64,000 bases of DNA from Auanema rhodensis (taxonomy: Eukaryota > Animalia > Nematoda): contig OZ059898.1 of the NCBI GenBank assembly GCA_964057225.1, positions 2,852,001 through 2,916,000 on the forward strand, read 5' to 3'. The notes under the pieces were generated by a model. The model made no database searches. It was not told where the DNA came from and saw only the letters and a program-made list of their open reading frames with translations. Position numbers and translations under genes: made by a program. Position 1 is the first letter of the stretch. Each line of letters opens with the position of its first letter. Below, one piece after another: positions 57,480-64,000 of the stretch.

Positions 57480-60280
57480 CCAAGATATCAACTGATATAA
57501 GTTCACACTTATATCCTCGATTTTCACCCTGAAGAATTAATTTTTTCGTTGAATAACAATGTCCATCGTCTTTGCCTTGAAAAAAGGAATCTAAAAACAT
57601 CTACTTTTTGCTAAATTATTTTGAAATTTTTCGAAAAAATTTTTGTTAAAATGTTTTTGGAAGCAATGTTGAGTGTACATGGAAACTCAACATACACTAA
57701 TGCATCATTTTTCAAACGATCATAACTAATTTTTGTATTAAGCGTTTCTCAATGTAGTATAGTGCATTCGATGCGGACTTTTAAGCTGCGTCGATCTGTG
57801 TTATCAGATTTGCGCTAGCTTAAAAATGCACCAAGATATCAACTGATATAAGTTCACACTTATATCCTCGATTTTCACCCTGAAGAATTAATTTTTTCGT
57901 TGAATAACATTGTCCATCGTCTTTGCCTTGAAAAAAGAAATCTAAAAACATCTACTTTTTGCTAAATTATATTGAAATTTTTCGAAAAAATTTTTGTCAA
58001 AATGTTTTTGGAAGCAATGTTGAGTGTACATGGAAACTCAACATACACTAATGCATCATTTTTCAAACGATCATAACTAATTTTTCTATAAAGCGTTTCT
58101 CAATGTAGTATAGTGCATTCTATGCGGATTTTTAAGCTGCGTCGATCTGTGTTATCAGATTTGCGCTAGCTTAAAAATGCACCAAGATATCAACTGATAT
58201 AAGTTCACACTTATATCCTCGATTTTCACCCTGAAGAATTAATTTTTTCGTTGAATAACATTGTCCATCGTCTTTGCCTTGAAAAAAGAAATCTAAAAAC
58301 ATCTATTTTTTGCTAAATTATATTGAAATTTTTCGAAAAAATTTTTGTCAAAATGTTTTTGGAAGCAATGTTGAGTGTACATGGAAACTCAACATACACT
58401 AATGCATCATTTTTCAAACGATCATAACTAATTTTTGTATTAAGCGTTTTTCAATGTAGTATAGTGCATTCGATGCGGATTTTTAAGCTGCGTCGATCTG
58501 TTTTATCAGATTTGCGCTAGCTTAAAAATGCACCGAGATATCAACTGATATAAGTTCACACTTATATCCTCGATTTTCACCCTGAAGAATTAATTTTTTC
58601 GTTGAATAACAATGTCCATCGTCTTTGCCTTAAAAAAAGGAATCTAAAAACATCTACTTTTGCTAGATTATTTTGAAATTTCTCGAAAAAATTTTTGTCA
58701 AAATGTTTTTGGAAGCAATGTTGAGTGTACATAGAAACTCAACATACACTAATGCATAATTTTTCAAACGATCATAACTAATTTTTGTATTAAGCGTTTT
58801 TCAATGTAGTATAGTGCATTCGATGCGGATTTTTAAGCTGCGTCGATCTGTGTTATCAGATTTGCGCTAGCTTAAAAATGCACCAAGATATCAACTGATA
58901 TAAGTTCACACTTATATCCTCGATTTTCACCCTGAAGAATTAATTTTTTCGTTGAATAACAATGTCCATCGTCTTTGCCTTGAAAAAAGGAATCTAAAAA
59001 CATCTACTTTTTGCTAAATTATTTTGAAATTTTTCGAAAAAATTTTTGTTAAAATGTTTTTGGAAGCAATGTTGAGTGTACATGGAAACTCAACATACAC
59101 TAATGCATCATTTTTCAAACGATCATAACTAATTTTTGTATTAAGCGTTTCTCAATGTAGTATAGTGCATTCGATGCGGACTTTTAAGCTGCGTCGATCT
59201 GTGTTATCAGATTTGCGCTAGCTTAAAAATGCACCAAGATATCAACTGATATAAGTTCACACTTATATCCTCGATTTTCACCCTGAAGAATTAATTTTTT
59301 CGTTGAATAACATTGTCCATCGTCTTTGCCTTGAAAAAAGAAATCTAAAAACATCTACTTTTTGCTAAATTATATTGAAATTTTTCGAAAAAATTTTTGT
59401 CAAAATGTTTTTGGAAGCAATGTTGAGTGTACATGGAAACTCAACATACACTAATGCATCATTTTTCAAACGATCATAACTAATTTTTCTATAAAGCGTT
59501 TCTCAATGTAGTATAGTGCATTCTATGCGGATTTTTAAGCTGCGTCGATCTGTGTTATCAGATTTGCGCTAGCTTAAAAATGCACCAAGATATCAACTGA
59601 TATAAGTTCACACTTATATCCTCGATTTTCACCCTGAAGAATTAATTTTTTCGTTGAATAACATTGTCCATCGTCTTTGCCTTGAAAAAAGAAATCTAAA
59701 AACATCTATTTTTTGCTAAATTATATTGAAATTTTTCGAAAAAATTTTTGTCAAAATGTTTTTGGAAGCAATGTTGAGTGTACATGGAAACTCAACATAC
59801 ACTAATGCATCATTTTTCAAACGATCATAACTAATTTTTGTATTAAGCGTTTTTCAATGTAGTATAGTGCATTCGATGCGGATTTTTAAGCTGCGTCGAT
59901 CTGTTTTATCAGATTTGCGCTAGCTTAAAAATGCACCGAGATATCAACTGATATAAGTTCACACTTATATCCTCGATTTTCACCCTGAAGAATTAATTTT
60001 TTCGTTGAATAACAATGTCCATCGTCTTTGCCTTAAAAAAAGGAATCTAAAAACATCTACTTTTGCTAGATTATTTTGAAATTTCTCGAAAAAATTTTTG
60101 TCAAAATGTTTTTGGAAGCAATGTTGAGTGTACATAGAAACTCAACATACACTAATGCATAATTTTTCAAACGATCATAACTAATTTTTGTATTAAGCGT
60201 TTTTCAATGTAGTATAGTGCATTCGATGCGGATTTTTAAGCTGCGTCGATCTGTGTTATCAGATTTGCGCTAGCTTAAAA
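57480..60280. repeat. 4-monomer (1403-bp) tandem duplication
   Basis: GGACTTTT 57778/59181 and TGTTAAA 57647/59050. Confidence 0.85.
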
Positions 60281-60549
60281 ATAAACCGAGATATCAACTG
60301 ATATAAGTTCACACTTATATCCTCGATTTTCACCCTGAAGAATTAATTTTTTCGTTGAATAACAATGTCCATCGTCTTTGCCTTGAAAAAAGGAATCTAA
60401 AAACATCTACTTTTTGCTAAATTATTTTGAAATTTTTCGAAAAAATTTTTGTCAAAATGTTTTTGGAAGCAATGTTGAGTGTACATGGAAACTCAACATA
60501 CACTAATGCATCATTTTTCAAACGATCATAACTAATTTTTGTATTAAGC

Positions 60550-63500
60550 GTTTCTCAATGTAGTAAAGTGCATTCGATGCGGATTTTTAAGCTGCGTCGA
60601 TCTGTGTTATCAGATTTGCGCTAGCTTAAAAATGCACCGAGATATCAACTGATATAAGTTCACACTTATATCCTCGATTTTCACCCTGAAGAATTAATTT
60701 TTTCGTTGAATAACATTGTCCATCGTCTTTGCCTTGAAAAAAGAAATCTAAAAACATCTACTTTTTGCTAAATTATATTGAAATTTTTCGAAAAAATTTT
60801 TGTCAAAATGTTTTTGGAAGCAATGTTGAGTGTACATGGAAACTCAACATACACTAATGCATAATTTTTCAAACGATCATAACTAATTTTTGTATTAAGC
60901 GTTTCTCAATGTAGTATAGTGCATTCGATGCGGATTTTTAAGCTGCGTCGATCTGTGTTATCAGATTTGCGCTAGCTTAAAAATGCACCAAGATATCAAC
61001 TGATATAAGTTCACACTTATATCCTCGATTTTCACCCTGAAGAATTAATTTTTTCGTTGAATAACATTGTCCATCGTCTTTGCCTTGAAAAAAGAAATCT
61101 AAAAACATCTACTTTTTGCTAAATTATATTAAAATTTTTCGAAAAAATTTTTGTCAAAATGTTTTTGGAAGCAATGTTGAGTGTACATGGAAACTCAACA
61201 TACACTAATGCATCATTTTTCAAACGATCATAACTAATTTTTCTATAAAGCGTTTCTCAATGTAGTATAGTGCATTCTATGCGGATTTTTAAGCTGCGTC
61301 GATCTGTGTTATCAGATTTGCGCTAGCTTAAAAATGCACCGAGATATCAACTGATATAAGTTCACACTTATATCCTCGATTTTCACCCTGAAGAATTAAT
61401 TTTTTCGTTGAATAACATTGTCCATCGTCTTTGCCTTGAAAAAAGGAATCTAAAAACATCTACTTTTTGCTAAATTATATTGAAATTTTTCGAAAAAATT
61501 TTTGTCAAAATGTTTTTGGAAGCAATGTTGAGTGTACATGGAAACTCAACATACACTAATGCATCATTTTTCAAACGATCATAACTAATTTTTCTATAAA
61601 GCGTTTTTCAATGTAGTATAGTGCATTCGATGCGGATTTTTAAGCTGCGTCGATCTGTGTTATCAGATTTGCGCTAGCTTAAAAATGCACCAAGATATCA
61701 ACTGATATAAGTTCACACTTATATCCTCGATTTTCACCCTGAAGAATTAATTTTTTCGTTGAATAACATTGTCCATCGTCTTTGCCTTGAAAAAAGAAAT
61801 CTAAAAACATCTATTTTTTGCTAAATTATATTGAAATTTTTCGAAAAAATTTTTGTCAAAATGTTTTTGGAAGCAATGTTGAGTGTACATGGAAACTCAA
61901 CATACACTAATGCATCATTTTTCAAACGATCATAACTAATTTTTGTATTAAGCGTTTTTCAATGTAGTATAGTGCATTCGATGCGGATTTTTAAGCTGCG
62001 TCGATCTGTTTTATCAGATTTGCGCTAGCTTAAAAATGCACCGAGATATCAACTGATATAAGTTCACACTTATATCCTCGATTTTCACCCTGAAGAATTA
62101 ATTTTTTCGTTGAATAACATTGTCCATCGTCTTTGCCTTGAAAAAAGGAATCTAAAAACATCTACTTTTTGCTAAATTATATTGAAATTTTTCGAAAAAA
62201 TTTTTGTCAAAATGTTTTTGGAAGCAATGTTGAGTGTACATGGAAACTCAACATACACTAATGCATCATTTTTCAAACGATCATAACTAATTTTTCTATA
62301 AAGCGTTTTTCAATGTAGTATAGTGCATTCGATGCGGATTTTTAAGCTGCGTCGATCTGTGTTATCAGATTTGCGCTAGCTTAAAAATGCACCAAGATAT
62401 CAACTGATATAAGTTCACACTTATATCCTCGATTTTCACCCTGAAGAATTAATTTTTTCGTTGAATAACATTGTCCATCGTCTTTGCCTTGAAAAAAGAA
62501 ATCTAAAAACATCTATTTTTTGCTAAATTATATTGAAATTTTTCGAAAAAATTTTTGTCAAAATGTTTTTGGAAGCAATGTTGAGTGTACATGGAAACTC
62601 AACATACACTAATGCATCATTTTTCAAACGATCATAACTAATTTTTGTATTAAGCGTTTCTCAATGTAGTAAAGTGCATTCGATGCGGATTTTTAAGCTG
62701 CGTCGATCTGTGTTATCAGATTTGCGCTAGCTTAAAAATGCACCGAGATATCAACTGATATAAGTTCACACTTATATCCTCGATTTTCACCCTGAAGAAT
62801 TAATTTTTTCGTTGAATAACATTGTCCATCGTCTTTGCCTTGAAAAAAGAAATCTAAAAACATCTACTTTTTGCTAAATTATATTGAAATTTTTCGAAAA
62901 AATTTTTGTCAAAATGTTTTTGGAAGCAATGTTGAGTGTACATGGAAACTCAACATACACTAATGCATAATTTTTCAAACGATCATAACTAATTTTTGTA
63001 TTAAGCGTTTCTCAATGTAGTATAGTGCATTCGATGCGGATTTTTAAGCTGCGTCGATCTGTGTTATCAGATTTGCGCTAGCTTAAAAATGCACCAAGAT
63101 ATCAACTGATATAAGTTCACACTTATATCCTCGATTTTCACCCTGAAGAATTAATTTTTTCGTTGAATAACATTGTCCATCGTCTTTGCCTTGAAAAAAG
63201 AAATCTAAAAACATCTACTTTTTGCTAAATTATATTAAAATTTTTCGAAAAAATTTTTGTCAAAATGTTTTTGGAAGCAATGTTGAGTGTACATGGAAAC
63301 TCAACATACACTAATGCATCATTTTTCAAACGATCATAACTAATTTTTCTATAAAGCGTTTCTCAATGTAGTATAGTGCATTCTATGCGGATTTTTAAGC
63401 TGCGTCGATCTGTGTTATCAGATTTGCGCTAGCTTAAAAATGCACCGAGATATCAACTGATATAAGTTCACACTTATATCCTCGATTTTCACCCTGAAGA

Positions 63501-64000
63501 ATTAATTTTTTCGTTGAATAACATTGTCCATCGTCTTTGCCTTGAAAAAAGGAATCTAAAAACATCTACTTTTTGCTAAATTATATTGAAATTTTTCGAA
63601 AAAATTTTTGTCAAAATGTTTTTGGAAGCAATGTTGAGTGTACATGGAAACTCAACATACACTAATGCATCATTTTTCAAACGATCATAACTAATTTTTC
63701 TATAAAGCGTTTTTCAATGTAGTATAGTGCATTCGATGCGGATTTTTAAGCTGCGTCGATCTGTGTTATCAGATTTGCGCTAGCTTAAAAATGCACCAAG
63801 ATATCAACTGATATAAGTTCACACTTATATCCTCGATTTTCACCCTGAAGAATTAATTTTTTCGTTGAATAACATTGTCCATCGTCTTTGCCTTGAAAAA
63901 AGAAATCTAAAAACATCTATTTTTTGCTAAATTATATTGAAATTTTTCGAAAAAATTTTTGTCAAAATGTTTTTGGAAGCAATGTTGAGTGTACATGGAA
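60550..64000. repeat. 6-monomer (2106-bp) tandem duplication, second copy truncated by window end
   Basis: GTAAAGTG 60566/62672 and TATATTAAA 61131/63237. Confidence 0.82.

Larger units (their letters stand above)
1..64000. repeat. Tandem satellite DNA array, 351-bp AT-rich monomer, ~182.4 copies, head-to-tail, running off both window ends
   Basis: The monomer recurs at 1, 352, 703 ... 7021 (20x351+1) and 14041 (40x351+1). Monomer 183 starts at 63853, 30 bp short of exact phase. The ORF-track hits are all spaced by multiples of 351. GC is 111/351 in monomer 1. No non-repeat sequence was seen. Confidence 0.99.
18955..64000. repeat. Satellite subdomain B (monomers 55-183)
   Basis: Characteristic variants absent from A: CTATAAAG, GCTAGA, TATATTG, AAAGAAATC, CAATG, CATAGAA, GCATAAT, TCTATG, CTGTTTT, CACCAAG (from 32226), plus 1-bp deletions. 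Confidence 0.9.

Noticed and set aside
1-64000. CRISPR array (regular repeats with hairpins)
   Set aside because: There are no unique spacers, the whole 351-bp unit repeats, and no cas genes are present.
1-64000. Hidden insertion, inversion or transposon within the array
   Set aside because: Phase accounting (183rd monomer at 63853, fully explained by 30 one-base deletions) leaves no room for foreign sequence, and all monomers read in the same orientation.

Overview
The whole 64-kb window is one uninterrupted, single-orientation, head-to-tail satellite DNA array. It is almost certainly eukaryotic heterochromatin and possibly (peri)centromeric. The monomer is 351 bp and about 31% GC; there are 182 complete monomers plus a 148-bp partial one, differing mostly by a few SNPs each. 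I found no genes, RNA genes, transposon insertions, inversions or CRISPR spacers. The eight 63-aa ORFs are chance products of SNP variants in the monomer. The information lies in the variant pattern. A sharp boundary at about 18.6-19.0 kb separates two monomer subfamilies. Diagnostic SNPs reveal nested higher-order repeats and recent tandem duplications of 2, 3, 4, 6, 7, 8, 9 and 12 monomers, chimeric monomers that map recombination breakpoints, and strict length conservation (30 single-base deletions, no insertions). The monomer is rich in inverted repeats and is not CpG-depleted. I cannot assign the organism or a named satellite family from sequence alone, and I see no evidence of a novel protein-coding system. 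All counts were made by eye and should be confirmed computationally.
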